This document shows, piece after piece, positions 1-12,300 of a stretch of DNA of 64,000 nt. The DNA lies in assembly GCA_963744515.1 (NCBI GenBank), contig CAVUTN010000003.1, forward strand, positions 44,703 to 108,702, in the 5' to 3' direction. How positions within the stretch are numbered: the first letter of the stretch is position 1; each line of letters opens with the position of its first letter. The notes beneath the pieces were generated by a model, which was not told the DNA's origin, did not search any database, and saw nothing but the letters and a program-made list of their open reading frames with translations. Origin of the DNA: an uncultured Actinomycetes bacterium (GTDB taxonomy: Bacteria > Actinomycetota > UBA4738 > HRBIN12). The position numbers were made by a program, and so were the translations under genes.

Positions 1-541
1 CCTTGGCCGAGACCCCGGCCGGCAGCTCCCCCTCGACGGTCACCGCCATCGTCCGCGGGGTGCGTTGCGGCAGCGTCTGCGTCGCCAGGACGTGCTCGAC
101 CTCGCTCGTGCCGATCCCGATCGCGAGCGCGCCGAACGCGCCGTGGGTGCTCGTGTGCGAGTCGCCGCACACGATCATCAGCCCGGGCTGCGTGAGTCCC
201 ATCTGCGGGCCGATCACGTGGACGATCCCCTGCCCGAGGTCGCCCGTCGGGAACAGCGTGATCCCGGCCTCGGCGCAGTTGCGTTCGAGCGCCTCCATCT
301 GGGTCCGGCTCACCGGGTCGACCGGACCGGGCGCCGTGGGGACGTTGTGGTCCATCGTCGCCACGGTGAGGTCGGGACGCCGGACGGGGCGGCCGGCGAG
401 CCGCAGCCCCTCGAACGCCTGCGCGCTGGTCACCTCGTGCACGAGGTGGAGGTCGACGTACAGCAGGTCGGGTTCGCCGTCGGCACGGTGGACGACGTGG
501 CGCTCCCAGACCTTTTCGGCCAGCGTGCGGGGCGTGCCCAT
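1..541 (-). CDS. leuC: 3-isopropylmalate dehydratase large subunit, N-terminal part (gene runs off the window start)
   Basis: Reverse-strand translation from the ATG at 541 reads [93 protein letters not shown]. These are canonical LeuC/aconitase-family motifs. The reading frame is clean. Confidence 0.8.
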   Translation of the reverse strand, partial: MGTPRTLAEKVWERHVVHRADGEPDLLYVDLHLVHEVTSAQAFEGLRLAGRPVRRPDLTVATMDHNVPTAPGPVDPVSRTQMEALERNCAEAGITLFPTGDLGQGIVHVIGPQMGLTQPGLMIVCGDSHTSTHGAFGALAIGIGTSEVEHVLATQTLPQRTPRTMAVTVEGELPAGVSAK

Positions 542-578
542 GCGTTCGATGGTACAGGCCGCCCCCGCGACGTCGGGT

Positions 579-1757
579 CTAGCCGGTGCGGTCGGGGAGC
601 AGGATCCGGAACGAGGAGCCGCCGCCCTCGCGCTCCTGCACCCACGCCCGGCCGCCGTGCATCTCGGCGAAGCGCGCCACGAGCGACAGGCCGATCCCGG
701 AGCCCGGCGTGTGCACGGAGTCGGGACCGCGGTAGAAGGCGTCGAAGATCTTGTCGCGCAGGTCGGCCGGGATCCCGGGGCCGTCGTCCTCGACCGCGAT
801 CACCGCGGCGTCGCCCTCGCGCCAGCAGCGGACCCAGATCCGCGTCCCGGCGGGCGTGTGCAGGTCGGCGTTCGCGAGGAGGTTCTCCAGGATGCGCTCG
901 ACCTTGGGCGGGTCGACGTTGGCGCGACACTCGCCGCCCTCGAGCTCGACCGTGCGGTCGCCGAGCACCTCGGTCTTCGCGAGGAGCCCGCGGATGAGCT
1001 CGTGCAGGTCGAGCGGGTACCGGCGCGGCGCCACGATGCCCGAGTCGAGCCGGTCCAGGTCGAGCAGGTCGGTCAGGAGCGCGTTCATCCCCTTGGACCG
1101 TTCGACGAGCGTTCGGAGCATGTGCCGGCGCACGTCGTCCTCGAGTTCGTCGCCCAGCCGTTCGAGCGTGCTGGCGGCCACCAGGATCGCCGTCAGCGGG
1201 GCCTTCAGATCGTGCGACAGGGTGTGGAGCAAGGTGTTCTTGAGCCGGTCGAGCGAGATCAGGCGCTCCTCCTCGGCCCGACGCTTCGTGATGTCGAACA
1301 TCATCCCCTGCAGGCAGATCGGATGACCGTCCTTGTCCCGGACCGCCGTGGCCTCGTCGTGGAGCCAGACCCACTCGCCGTCGGCGCGGCGGATCCGGTA
1401 CTCCACCTCGAGGGGGTCACCGCTCGCCAGCGACCGCTCCTCCTGGGCGTTCACGTTGGGGAGGTCGTCGGGGTGGGTGAACGACCCCTGCGGGTGCGGG
1501 TGTTCGAGCCACTCCTTCTGGGTGTACCCGAGGACGTGCTCGATCTGGGGCGAGACGTAGAGCCAGTCGCCGTTCGGCCCGTACTCGGCCAGGTAGACGA
1601 CGCAGGGGAGCTGCTCGACGAGGTTGCGGTACTTGGCCTCGGTCTCGGCCTGGTGCTCGACGAGCGCCTCGTAGCTGAAGCCGCCCTCGGGTGTGTCGCG
1701 CGCGAGCTCACGTTCCAGGAGCTCGGCCGCGCCGGGTGCGACGGTCGTCGGTTCCAT
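579..1757 (-). CDS. Cytoplasmic PAS-domain sensor histidine kinase (HisKA + HATPase_c)
   Basis: An intact ~392-aa ORF starts at MEPTTVAPG. It has a PAS-like N-terminal half, an H-box [12 protein letters not shown], and G-boxes DDGPGIP / GSGIGLS. No transmembrane segment is evident. Confidence 0.85.
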   Translation of the reverse strand: MEPTTVAPGAAELLERELARDTPEGGFSYEALVEHQAETEAKYRNLVEQLPCVVYLAEYGPNGDWLYVSPQIEHVLGYTQKEWLEHPHPQGSFTHPDDLPNVNAQEERSLASGDPLEVEYRIRRADGEWVWLHDEATAVRDKDGHPICLQGMMFDITKRRAEEERLISLDRLKNTLLHTLSHDLKAPLTAILVAASTLERLGDELEDDVRRHMLRTLVERSKGMNALLTDLLDLDRLDSGIVAPRRYPLDLHELIRGLLAKTEVLGDRTVELEGGECRANVDPPKVERILENLLANADLHTPAGTRIWVRCWREGDAAVIAVEDDGPGIPADLRDKIFDAFYRGPDSVHTPGSGIGLSLVARFAEMHGGRAWVQEREGGGSSFRILLPDRTG

Positions 1758-1842
1758 CCCGTTCTCAGCATCGGAGCGAACGCGCTCCGGGTTGACCGAG
1801 CGGGGCGCTTCTGTCGGGGAGCGCCGGGCGAGGCGAGGGTCA

Positions 1843-3640
1843 GTCGAGCTGGTTCTGCAGGACGACGACGATCCGGTCCTCGATCGCCGAGGCGGTCGAT
1901 TTCGACATCCCGTAGGACAGGACGGAGAACTCGACCCAGTCGCCCGAGTGGGCCCTGACCCATCCCGAGAGCGCCGACACGTCGTCCAGCGTCCCCGTCT
2001 TGGCCCGGACGTCGACACCCCGGAGGCGATGCGCGGAGGGTCCCCTGTCCGCCCGTGGGGAGCGCGCGGCGCAGGTCCTTGCCCCACGGCTGGTCCTCGG
2101 CGAACCACAGCAGGCGGACGATGCCCTCGGCCGTCACGCGGTTCGCGTACGACAGGCCCGAGTTGTCGTTGAGCGTGAACCCCGTCCCGTGGGCGTCCGT
2201 CCAGGCCTGGATCGCGGACGCGCCCTTCGCGATCGTCCCCGGCACGCCGCGCGTCTCGACCCCGAGGCGCTTGCCGAGCGTCTCGGCGACGAAGTTGTCC
2301 GACGGTCGGAGCATCTTCGTGAGGAGTTCCTGCAACGGCCGCGAGCGGACCGACGCGATCGTCTGGAGCCCGCCCGGCGGTCTCCCGCTCCCGGGCTTGC
2401 CGCGGACGCGTACGCCGAGCGCCTCGAGCTTGGTGGTGAGCGTCTTCGCCGCTTCGCGCTCGGGGTCGGCTCCGGCGTTGTGGTCGAACACGAGCGCGGT
2501 CGGACGGTTCACGTAGTCGCGCGCCACGTCGTTCCAGCCGGGCGCGTCCCAATCGCGTCGGAAGTACCCGGTGCTCCCGACCACGCGACCGCGCACCCGC
2601 TCGATCCCCGCGCCGGCCACCTTCCGGGCGAGCGCGCCGAGCGTCGCCGGCGTCACGCCCGGGTCGCCCTGTCCGAGGATCCACAGGTTCCGGACGGCTC
2701 CCGAGGCGCCTCCGGACGGCGGCGACGCTGGTCGTGATCCGGAAGTCGGCCCCGAACGTGTCGTACAGCGTCATCGAGAGCAGGAGCTTCTCGTTCGACG
2801 CCGGGGTCCGGGGCGCTGGACGCCGCACGGTCGTAGAGGAACGCGTGGTCCTCGCCGACGGCGACCGAGACCCGGCGCGATCCGATCGCCCGGTCGATCT
2901 GATGCATCCACGGCGCCTTGGAGACCTCGAAGGCGAGGACAGGGGACTTGCTCGTCTCGTTGAGCGTGTCCTGCGCCACCCAGCGGACGCGGAGCCGCAC
3001 GACGCCGACGTCGTGGGACGTGAAGCACGGCGATGCCAGCGCCTGGGAAGCGGGGTCGAGCGTGAGCCGTTCGATCACCCTCCAGCCGTGCCGGGTCCGG
3101 CGCTGCAGCTCGACGATCTGGCCGGGCCGTTCCGGGGTGACGGACATCGAGACGTCGACGCAGGAGCCCGGGTGCGTCGACCCGGTGACCAGCGCGGCGT
3201 CGACCAGCTCCCGAACGCGGACGAGCACCTGGTTCGTGGTCGAGGCCAGACAGGACGGATCCTCGTGGATCGTCGCGCGGTAGCGCCCCGTGTTCGGCTG
3301 CGTCTGCGCGAACGTGAACGAGCCGTCCGGCGCCGTCGTCCCGGTCCCGACGTTCGCGAACCCGGAGGAGTCGGCCGGCTGCCACTGCAGGGTCACGTCT
3401 CGGCCCTCGATGCACCCCGGGTCGGCGGCGATCGAACCCGAGACCGTGATCGCCTTGCCGAAGTTCACGATCGACGCCGAGGCCGAGAGCGTGGCCGTCG
3501 CGGTCTCGGCGAGCGCGGACGGGACGAGGAGCGTCGACAGCAGGGCGAGCTCGACGAACGCGAGCCTGCGGAGCCGTCGGCCGAGCGTGGAGCGGGCTGT
3601 GATGGCGGCACCCCCTAGCGAGCGAGCAGGGCATCGTGCC
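1843..3640 (-). CDS. D-alanyl-D-alanine carboxypeptidase/endopeptidase (PBP4, peptidase S13) with a ~230-aa secreted N-terminal extension; needs ≥3 frame changes
   Basis: Signal-peptide-like N-terminus (LAFVELALLSTLLVPSALA). PASNEKLLLSMTLYDTFG carries the SxxK region. The KTGTLDDVSALSGWV (KTG) motif and the C-terminal ...VVLQNQLD sit in different frames. Confidence 0.6.
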
Positions 3641-3792
3641 ATCAGCCGCCGCCGCGGACAAGCACCCGGTCCGGAGCGGCGCGTCCCGGGGCCGGCGGGG
3701 GCGGGGTCGGGCCGGGACCGGGGTGGCCGGCCCGCGTCGTGACCGGGTCGCCGAGGGATGACACGCACCCCGCCGACGTACAGACTGTGCGG

Positions 3793-4671
3793 ATGGCCCA
3801 CGTCGAGTACCGCACCCGCCCGGAGCTCTCGCGGCCCGTGATGGTGTGCGCCTTCGGCGGCTGGAACGACGGCGGGGAGGCCGCGACCACGGCCGTCCGG
3901 ACCCTCCGATCGCAGTGGGGCGCCCGCCGCTTCGCGGAGATCGACCCGGAGGAGTTCTACGACTTCCAGGTCAACCGTCCGACGGTGCGTCTGGTCGAAG
4001 GCTCGACGCGTCGGGTCGACTGGCCGGCCAGCCGGTTCTTCTCGGCGCGGATCAACGACCGCGACGCGATCCTGTTCGTCGGCGTGGAGCCGAACCTGCG
4101 GTGGCGCACCTACGCGGGGACGATCCTGCAGGTCTGCTCCGACATGGACGTGTCGCTGCTCGTGACGCTCGGCGCGTTCCTCGCGGACGTCCCGCACACG
4201 CGGCCGGCGCCCGTGAACGCCGCGAGCGACGACGAGGACTGGCTCGCCAAGCCGGAGATCCTGCCGGCCCGGTACGAGGGACCGACGGGGATCGTCGGCG
4301 TCCTGAACGCGCTCGCGTCGCGCGCGGGTCTTCCCGCCCTCTCGCTGTGGGCGGCCGCGCCGCACTACCTCCCGCAGTCGCGGAACCCCAAGGTCGCGCT
4401 CGCGTTGCTCGAGGCGCTCCGCGACCTGACCGGGCTCGAGATCGACACGGGCGAGATCGAGCTCGCCGCCCGCGTGTTCGAACGCGAGGTCTCCGAGGCG
4501 ATCGAGGAGGACGGCAACCTCGCCGCCTACGTGCGGCGTCTCGAGGAGGCGTCGGAGCTCACCGGCGACGAGGACGACGACGTGTCCGCGCTGCAGGTCG
4601 CCAGCGGCGACGACATCGCCGCCGAGCTCGAGCGCTTCCTCCGCGAGCACAACGGCTCGACCGAGGACTGA
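3793..4671 (+). CDS. PAC2 (proteasome assembly chaperone 2-like, ATP-grasp-related) family protein
   Basis: MAHVEYRTRPELSRPVMVCAFGGWNDGGEAATTAV...GIVGVLNALASRAGLPALSLWAAAPHY matches the PAC2/COG2047 pattern. The start is internal to ORF 3739..4671. Confidence 0.7.
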   Translation: MAHVEYRTRPELSRPVMVCAFGGWNDGGEAATTAVRTLRSQWGARRFAEIDPEEFYDFQVNRPTVRLVEGSTRRVDWPASRFFSARINDRDAILFVGVEPNLRWRTYAGTILQVCSDMDVSLLVTLGAFLADVPHTRPAPVNAASDDEDWLAKPEILPARYEGPTGIVGVLNALASRAGLPALSLWAAAPHYLPQSRNPKVALALLEALRDLTGLEIDTGEIELAARVFEREVSEAIEEDGNLAAYVRRLEEASELTGDEDDDVSALQVASGDDIAAELERFLREHNGSTED

Positions 4672-4686
4672 CCCGCCTCCGATCGG

Positions 4687-5498
4687 GTGGAGCTCCGACC
4701 GTTCGGCGCGACGGGGCTCGAGGTGCCGGTCGTCGGTCTCGGGACGTGGAACGTGTTCGATGTGTCCTCGCGACACGAGCCGGAGTCGGTCGCCGTGCTG
4801 CGGACGCACGTCGAGGGCGGGACGCGCCTCGTCGACACCTCCCCGATGTACGGCCGCGCCGAAGCGGTGCTGGGCCGTGCGCTCGCCACGCTCGCGATCC
4901 GCGACGAGACGGTGGTCGCGACGAAGATCTGGACGCCGTCGCTCGACGAGGGGCGCGTGCAGCTCGAGGCGCAGCTCGAGGCGTTCGGCGGCCGCGTGGA
5001 CGTGGAACAGATCCACAACCTCGTCGCGTGGCGGGAGCACCTCGGCTGGCTCGAGGCCGAACGCGACGCGGGCCGCATCGGGTTGCTCGGCGCGACCCAC
5101 TACCGCGAGGACGCGTTCGACGAGCTCGTCGCCGTGATGCGGACCGGTCGCATCCAGTGCGTCCAGGTGCCCTACAACCCCGTGCAGCGCCGCTGCGAGG
5201 ACGAGGTGCTGCCGCTCGCGGCCGAGCTCGGGATCGGCGTGATCGCGATGCGGCCGTTCGCGGAGGGCGCCCTGCTCCGCCGTCCGCCCGCCGACCCCGG
5301 GGTCCTGTCGGCGCTCGGCGTGCGAGACGTGGGCGCAGGCCCTGCTCAGGTGGTGCCTGTCGGATCGCCGGATCGCCGTCGCGATCCCCGCGACGTCGCG
5401 GGTCGAGCATGCCGCGTCGAACGTCGCCGCGGGCGATCCACCGTGGTTCGACGACGAGCAGCGGGCGCTGGTCGAGCGCTGGGCGAGCGGAGCCTGAC
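4687..5498 (+). CDS. Aldo/keto reductase family oxidoreductase (frame change near 5335)
   Basis: [23 protein letters not shown]...[12 protein letters not shown]...[15 protein letters not shown]. The C-terminus (..[32 protein letters not shown]..) continues in another frame and ends at TGA 5496-5498. Confidence 0.7.
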
Positions 5499-5499
5499 G

Positions 5500-6481
5500 A
5501 TGCGCGCCGCGGTGCTCGACGCTCCCGGACGGCTCGAGGTGCGCGAGGTCCCGGCCCCCGAACCCGCCGAGGGTCAGGTCCTCGTCGAGGTCGCCGCGTG
5601 CGCCGTGTGCCGGACCGACCTGCACGTGATCGACGGCGAGCTCGCGCGGCCCAAGCTCCCGCTGATCCTCGGGCACCAGGCGGTCGGGTCGATCGTGGCC
5701 GTCGGCCAGGGCGTCGCCGATCGGCGGCCCGGCGACGTCGTGGGCGTCCCGTGGCTCGGGTGGGCGGACGGCACGTGCTCGTACTGCACGAGCGGTCGCG
5801 AGAACCTGTGTCCGAACGCGAGGTTCACGGGCTACGACCTCGACGGCGGCGACGCGGAGCTGGTCGGTGGCCGACGCGCGGTTCTGTCTCGCGGTCCCGC
5901 AGGCGTTCGAGCCCGTCGCGGCCGCGCCGTTCCTGTGTGCGGGCGCGATCGGCTACCGCGCGACACGGCTCGCGGGCGACGTCGAACGGCTCGGCCTGTA
6001 CGGGTTCGGGAACGCCGCGCGGCTCGTGACGCAGATCGCGCGGTTCGAGGGGCGGACGGTCTTCGCGTTCACCAGGCCGGGCGACGCCGAGACGCAACGC
6101 CTCGCCCTCGAACGCGGGTGCGCGTGGGCCGGCGACTCCACCGAGCCGCCGCCCGAGCCGCTCGACGCCGCGATCGTGTTCGCGGCCGCCGGCGAGCTGG
6201 TGCCGCTCGCGCTCGCGGCGGTCGCGCCGGGCGGCTCGGTCGTCTGCGCCGAGATCCACATGTCCGACATCCCGTCGTTCCCCTACGCGCTGCTGTGGGG
6301 CGAGCGCGTCGTCCGGTCGGTCGCGAACCTCACGCGTCGCGACGGCCGGGAGCTGCTCGAGCTCGCGGCGCGGATCCCGCTCGAGGCGTCCACCCGGACG
6401 TTCCCGCTCGAGCGGGCGGACGAGGCGTTCGAGGCGGCCCGCTCGGGCTCGGCCTCGACGCCGGTGATCGTCCCGGGGTGA
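5500..6481 (+). CDS. Zinc-dependent alcohol dehydrogenase family (frame change near 5860)
   Basis: [47 protein letters not shown]...[12 protein letters not shown], then ..[39 protein letters not shown].. in another frame. The ATG lies 1 nt after the preceding stop. Confidence 0.7.
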
Positions 6482-6577
6482 GCCGGCGGCGAGCGTGCGC
6501 CGACGGCGCGCTGACGCGCGCGCTTGCGCGCCGAGCGGCTCAGAGGGCACGATGTCCACTCGCGGCGGGGAGGTCGG

Positions 6578-6805
6578 ATGCTGAAGGCGTACGTGCTGAT
6601 CCAGACGGAGGCGGGCGGCGGGTCGAAGGTGCGCAGCGAGATCGGCTCGATCCCCGGCGTCCGGATCGCCCAGTCGGTGACCGGGCCCTACGACCTCATC
6701 GTCCACGCCGAGGTGGCCGACATGGACGCGCTGGGTCAGATGCTGAGCGACATCCAGCTGCTCCCCGGGCTCAACCGGACGCTCACCTGCATCGTCAAGG
6801 GGTAG
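6578..6805 (+). CDS. Small Lrp/AsnC ligand-binding (RAM) domain protein
   Basis: [54 protein letters not shown], about 75 aa. Confidence 0.55.
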   Translation: MLKAYVLIQTEAGGGSKVRSEIGSIPGVRIAQSVTGPYDLIVHAEVADMDALGQMLSDIQLLPGLNRTLTCIVKG

Positions 6806-7524
6806 GCCGGAAGGGGTGCCGGGAGGCCCTCGATCCCCTCGCCGGACCCGAACGTCCGTCGTCCGCCGTTCGCGATGACCGTGACCCCGCCGGGCCGAGG
6901 CGCGCCACGCGCCCTCGTGATGCAGCGCGGCGGTGCGTTCGTCGATGCCGAGCAGGACGACGTCCTCCGGGGCGCCGCGTCGATCGCGCTCTCCACCCAC
7001 CGATGCCCGAACGTCTCGAAGTGCGGCAGCACCGCGACCCTCGGCACGAGCCCGAGCGCGGGCAGGTACCGGCGACGGTCGTCGCCGGGCATCCGTTCGC
7101 GGACCAGCGTCCACTCGCCGAGCGCCATCGCCCCGGCCGACGAGCCGGCGAGGGCGGCGCCGCCGACCCAGGCCTCGACGATCGCTTCCCACAGCGGCGT
7201 GCCCGCCAGGACCTTGGGTACCAGCCCGGGATCGCCGCCGACGAGGTAGAAGAACCGGCCCTCCCTCGCGCGGGCGACGTTCGCCGCGTCCTTCGCGTCG
7301 GACCGGCGCGTCGCGGGCAGCTCCTCGACCCGGAGACCCAGGCCTGCGAACCAACGGACCGCGTTCGCGACCGCCGGCTCGGGGTGCTGGCGTCCGGCCG
7401 CCGTCGCGAGCACGAACGCCGGGCCGTTCCCGGCGGCCCGGACCAGCACCCCGTCCTGCGGCTCGTTGCCGGGGTTGAGCTCGTCGCCGCCGACCAGCGC
7501 GAGTGGTCCCCACGTCCGGACCAT
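6806..7524 (-). CDS. Peptidase S51 (cyanophycinase/peptidase E-like) family; frameshifted, 3' end uncertain
   Basis: [20 protein letters not shown]...[28 protein letters not shown]; the C-terminal ..[20 protein letters not shown].. is in another frame. Confidence 0.5.
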
Positions 7525-7539
7525 CCTGCCACGGTCGCG

Positions 7540-8439
7540 ACCGCCCATCCAGGAGCGTCAGCACCTCGCCCATCGACCGGATCGAGCCCTCGGTGATCGG
7601 CGACAGGACGAGGATCGCCTCGTCGGCGCCGGCCTCGGAGAGCCCGCGGAGCCCGTCCGCGATCGCTCCGGCGAGCCCTCGAGCGGTACGAGGCCCTCGT
7701 CGACCGGACGCTCGCCGGCGTCGCGATCGAGCACGACGAGGGCGCACGCGCTCCGGGCGACCTCGCTCGCGGGCCGACCCACCTCCTCGGCGAGGCGGGT
7801 GACGCGCTCGTTCAACGTCGCGAATCGGTCGGGCGTGTTGCCGTAGTCCGCGTACCACGTGTTCCAGGCGTCGACGTGCGGGAGCGCGGCGCGCAGCAGC
7901 CGATCGCCGTTCGAGCCGAGCATCATCGGGACGCGCCGCGCCGGCTCCGGAAGCAGCACCGCGTCCTCGACGTGCGAGAAACGACCCTCGAACGTCACGC
8001 GCTCGCCCGCGAGCAGGCGACGGACGATCTCGAACGTCTCCTCGAAACGCGACGCGCGCTCCCCGAAGGCGATGCCGAACGCGCGGAACTCGGTCTCGTT
8101 CCAGCCGGCGCCGATCCCGAGCACGAACCGGCCGCGGCTCACCTCGTCGATCGATGCCGCCATCCGGGCGAGGATCCCGGGCGGGTGGAACGCCGCGCAG
8201 GCGACGAGCGGGCCGAGCCGGACGCGTTCGGTGGATGCGGCGAGGGCCGCGAGCGTCGTCCACGCGTCCCACGGTCCGCGTTCGGGACGGCCGTCGCCGC
8301 GGTAGAGCAGGTGGTCGCCGAGCCAGACCGAGTCGAGGTCGATGTCCTCGGCCGCGCGAGCCATCGAGACGATCTCGGGCCAGCGCACGTCGCGTTCGAC
8401 CTCGGGAAGCTGGACGCCGATGCAGAGCGGCCGAGGCAT
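7540..8439 (-). CDS. LLM-class (luciferase-like) F420-dependent oxidoreductase; frame change near 7690
   Basis: [15 protein letters not shown]...[58 protein letters not shown]; the C-terminal ..[25 protein letters not shown].. is in another frame. Confidence 0.6.
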
Positions 8440-8481
8440 CGCCGGAGTGTACGCTCGGTCGTCGCTTCGACGGGGGTGAGC

Positions 8482-9384
8482 TCAGGCCTTCTCCGCGAAC
8501 GAATCCAGCGCGGCCTTCAGGCGCTGCACCGGCCCCCTGAGCGCCAGCTCGTCGGCGAGCGCGTCGAGGCCGTCGTCGTCACGTTCGCCCCGCCATCGGT
8601 CGACCGGTGCGATCGCGTTGACCGGCACGAGCCGCTGCATCGTCGCGACGTACTCGGCGCTCTCGGCGAGCCGCGCTCGGAGCGCCGGCTTGCCCTTGAG
8701 CGGTCCCGGTTTCGGCTCGGACGAGCGAGCGTCCTCCAGGAGCTCCTCCAGCGAGCCGTAGGTCTGCACGAGCGCCCGCGCTGTCTTCTCTCCGACGCCG
8801 CGCACACCCGGCAGGCCGTCGCTCGCGTCGCCGCGCAGGATCGCGAACTCCATGTACCGGGAGGCCGGGACCTCGTACTTCTCGAGCACGCCCGCCTCGT
8901 CGAGATCGAGCAGCTCCGAGACACCTCGGAGCGTGAACAGCAGCTTCACCCCGGGGTCGCGGACGAGCTGGATCAGGTCGCGGTCGCCGCTCACGATCTC
9001 GATGCGGTCCGTCGGGTCGGCGTTCGCGCAGATCGCGCCGATCGCATCCTCGGCCTCCCACCCACGCGTCATCGCCTGGGACATGCCGGTGAGGTCGAGG
9101 ACCTGGCGCAGCATCGGGAACTGCTCGGGCAGACCCTCCGGATCCTCGGGCCGGTTCGCCTTGTAGCCCGCGTACATGTCGGTCCGAGCGACGGGACGCC
9201 ACTCGTGGTCGTACACGTGCACGATCTCCTCGGGCCGACGCGTGACGAGCAGGCGCGTGACCATGTCCAGGTAGCCGTGCACGGCACCGACCGGCCGGCC
9301 GCCCGGCGAACGCAGCTCCTGTCCCCACGCGAAGAAGGCTCGGTACATCAGGCTCGAGACGTCGAGCAGCAGGGCGTACGTCAC
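8482..9384 (-). CDS. 5'-3' exonuclease (FEN/Pol I 5'-exonuclease family)
   Basis: Intact 300-aa ORF: MTYALLLDVSSLMYRAFFAW...EADDAIGAI...VSGDRDLIQLV...GVRGVGEKTA. Confidence 0.85.
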   Translation of the reverse strand: MTYALLLDVSSLMYRAFFAWGQELRSPGGRPVGAVHGYLDMVTRLLVTRRPEEIVHVYDHEWRPVARTDMYAGYKANRPEDPEGLPEQFPMLRQVLDLTGMSQAMTRGWEAEDAIGAICANADPTDRIEIVSGDRDLIQLVRDPGVKLLFTLRGVSELLDLDEAGVLEKYEVPASRYMEFAILRGDASDGLPGVRGVGEKTARALVQTYGSLEELLEDARSSEPKPGPLKGKPALRARLAESAEYVATMQRLVPVNAIAPVDRWRGERDDDGLDALADELALRGPVQRLKAALDSFAEKA

Positions 9385-12300
9385 GGGTCGAGCTCGGCCA
9401 GCGCGTCATCGACCTCGAACAGGAACGCACGCGCGTCGCACCCGAGCAGGATCGCCCGTGCGCGCCCGAGCTTGGGGTGCGGATCCTCGCCGAGCTGCGC
9501 ATTCGCGCGTGCGAGGTCGACCATCGCCCGGGCCGCGTCGATCCGCAGGCCGAGCGCCTCCAGCGCGGCGGTGCCTTCGCCGAGCAGCCGGCGCGCGTCG
9601 GCAGGATCCGCCGCGAGCAGCCCCTCGACGAGCAGGGCGTTCGCGCGTGCCGCTGGCGAGCGTCCGTGTTCGGAGAGGTCACGGTTCCCCTCGGCCTCGG
9701 CTGCACGACCCGCTCGGACGAGGGCGCGGGCGAGATCGGTGAAGACCTCCGGGACGGACTCGACGTTGAAACCCCGAAGCTGGTCGACCATCCTGGCGAA
9801 GTTGGCCGCCGCCCTAGAGGTGTCCTTCACGACGAGCGCCAGGTAGCCCTCCACCATCGGGATGAAGATCTGGCTCTGCGGCTCCGGGTTCTCGTTCAGG
9901 ACCGGGATCGAGGCGCGATGGAGCGTCTCGGCCTCGTCGAGCTTCCCACGGAACAGGAGAACGGTCGCCAGCGCCGTCATCCGCATGCCGCGCAGCGGCT
10001 CGTCGCCCATCTCCCCGGCGAGCTCGACGGCGTGGCGCTGGAGCGCCTCGGCCTCCTCCAGGTCCCCGACCCGCAGGAGCATGTCTCCCAGGCTGCCGGC
10101 GAGCCAGCCCTCGTGGTTCATCGCGCCCGCTCGCTGGGACAGCTCGAGGCCCTCCCGGAGCACGGCCTCGGCTCGGGGGAGGTCCGAGCCGAGGTCGGCG
10201 ACGATCGAGGGAAGGTTGTTGTAGCAGCGCATCAGGTTGGAGAACTCCCCGTTCTCCTTGGCCAGGCGATAGGCCTCCTCGATCATCTCGAGCGACTCGG
10301 CCGACCGGCCGAGCTGGGACAGGCACGCCGCGAGGGTCTGCGTCGACTCCGCGTGGACGAGCGGAGCGTCGACCCGCTCGGCCATCTCCACGGCCCGGCG
10401 CAGGAGCGGCTCGGCCTCGCGGCCGCGCCCCCGCCGCCACAGGTACCAGCCCATGAAGTGGAGCGCGTCGGCGAGCTCCTCGCGCTCGCCCAGGGGTTCG
10501 AGCGTCTCCAACGCCGCTCGGCCTGCCCCTTCGGCCTCATCGTGGCGAGCTTGCATCAGCAGCGGCATGACCAGTCGGCCGGAGGCCCACCCGACGCCGA
10601 TCGGGTCATCCGCAGCCTCGTACGCCTCGATCGCTCGACGAACGACGCGCTCGATCTCGGGGATCGGGTCGGTTCCCCAGCTCGCCTCGACGTGCGGCCG
10701 GGCGAGCGCGACACGGTCCTGTGCCGCCAGGTCGAGCGCGTCGGCCAGGCGCTCGGCCTCGCGGAACCAGCGCGTCGCCTCCGCCGTCTGCCACAGCGCC
10801 AACGTGCGCTTGCCGGCCGCCAGGGTCCAGTCGAAGGCGCTGCGCTCGAGCTCGGTCCGACGCTCGCCGGTCTCACCGAGCTCGTCCAGATAGCCGAGGG
10901 CCTCCAGCTGATGGGTCGCGATCAGCTCGGCGATCTCGTCGGCCCGGTTGCCGGCCCGCCGCTCCGCCCAGCGGGCGACGCCGGCATGCTTGTCCGCGCG
11001 GAGGGACTTCGGCAGCGAGTCGTACGCGCCGTCGCGGATCAGGTTGTGGCGGAACGAGAACTCGTGCTCGTCCGAGAACGACGAGGGCTCGTGCGGCAGG
11101 ACGAGCTCCTTCACGCGGAGGCGGCCCAGCGCGTCGCGCACCTCGCCGACGCCCCGGCCGGTGAGCTCGGCGACGGCGCCGACCCAGAACACGCGTCCGA
11201 CCACGGCCGCGTCTTGCAGCGCGGCCTTCTCGTCCTCGGGAAGGCCGTCCAAGCGTGTGGCGATCAGCCCCTGGATCGAACGGGGGAGCTCCACGTCCTC
11301 GACGCTGCGAGCCACCTCCCATCGCGAGGCCTCGGTGGCCCGGAGCACGCCGTCGTCGATCAGCTTGCGGACGATCTCCTCGACGTAAAGCGGGTTGCCC
11401 TCGCTGCGCTCGACGATCGTGTGCCGGAGCTCGGGCGCGATCTCGCCCGGCAACAGGTCGTCGAGCATCGCCTCGCCTTCAGCCTCCGAGAGCGGGTCGA
11501 GGGAGATCGAGGCGGCGTTGCGCTTGCCCCCGCCCCACGTCGGACGGGTCTCGAACAGCTCGGCGCGAGCGGTCGCGATGACGAGGATCGGTCCCTGCGC
11601 CCAGTCCGCGACGTGCTCGATCAGGTCGAGCAGGCCCTCGTCGGCCCAATGGATGTCGTCGAGCACCAGCGCGAGCGGATAGCGGGCCGCCATCCGCTCG
11701 AGGAACCGGCGCCACGCCTCGAACAGGTCCTCCCGGCTCATGCCTCGGGCCTCGCCGGCCGCGACGAGCGTCCGGATCTGCGGCGCCACCTGCTCGTCGC
11801 CGAACAGCTCGCGCACCGCCGCGTCCGCCTTCTTGGCGGCGACCTCCGCGTCGTCGTCCTCGAAGATCTCGCACTGCGCCTTGATCGCGTCGGCGAAGGC
11901 CGAGTAGGAGGTGTTGCCGTAGGCGAGGCAGCGGCCCCGGCGCCAGTACACGATCTGCGGCAGGCCCTCGACGTAGCGCTCGAGCTCCGCGACCAGGCGC
12001 GACTTCCCGACGCCTGCCGGGCCGACGAGCGTGACGAGCGCCGGCCGTCCCTCGGTCTCGACGCGGCGGAGCGTCTGCTTCAGGACCGCGAGCTCCTCGT
12101 CGCGGCCGACGAGCCGGGACTCGAGCCCGAGCCGGGGTCGCTCGCCGCGGGTACGGGCCTTGATCCGCAACGCCTGCCACGCGGGGACGGGCTCGGCCTT
12201 GCCCTTGAGCGTGAGTGGCTCGAGCTCGCGGTACTCGATCACGTCCTTCGTCGTCGCGTACACGGCGGGCCCCACGACGGTCCGGCCGGGTTCGGCGGCC

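Noticed and set aside
3-1958. A 651-aa plus-strand ORF, plus similar very long Arg/Pro/Gly-rich ORFs such as 2653..5676 (N-terminal part), 5825..8272, 9477..12728, 12031..13971, 16098..17180 and 41202..42887.
   Set aside because: They are antisense or off-frame shadows of real genes (leuC, histidine kinase, PBP4, cyclase regulator and others) in a ~70% GC genome. Their composition is low-complexity, with no recognisable motifs and no RBS, whereas the opposite-strand reading gives clear homologs.
6516-6536. A GCGCGCGCTTGCGCGC palindrome after the ADH stop as a terminator or operator.
   Set aside because: It is a short GC-only stem without a U-tract in a GC-rich background. Such palindromes occur by chance here, so it is only noted.
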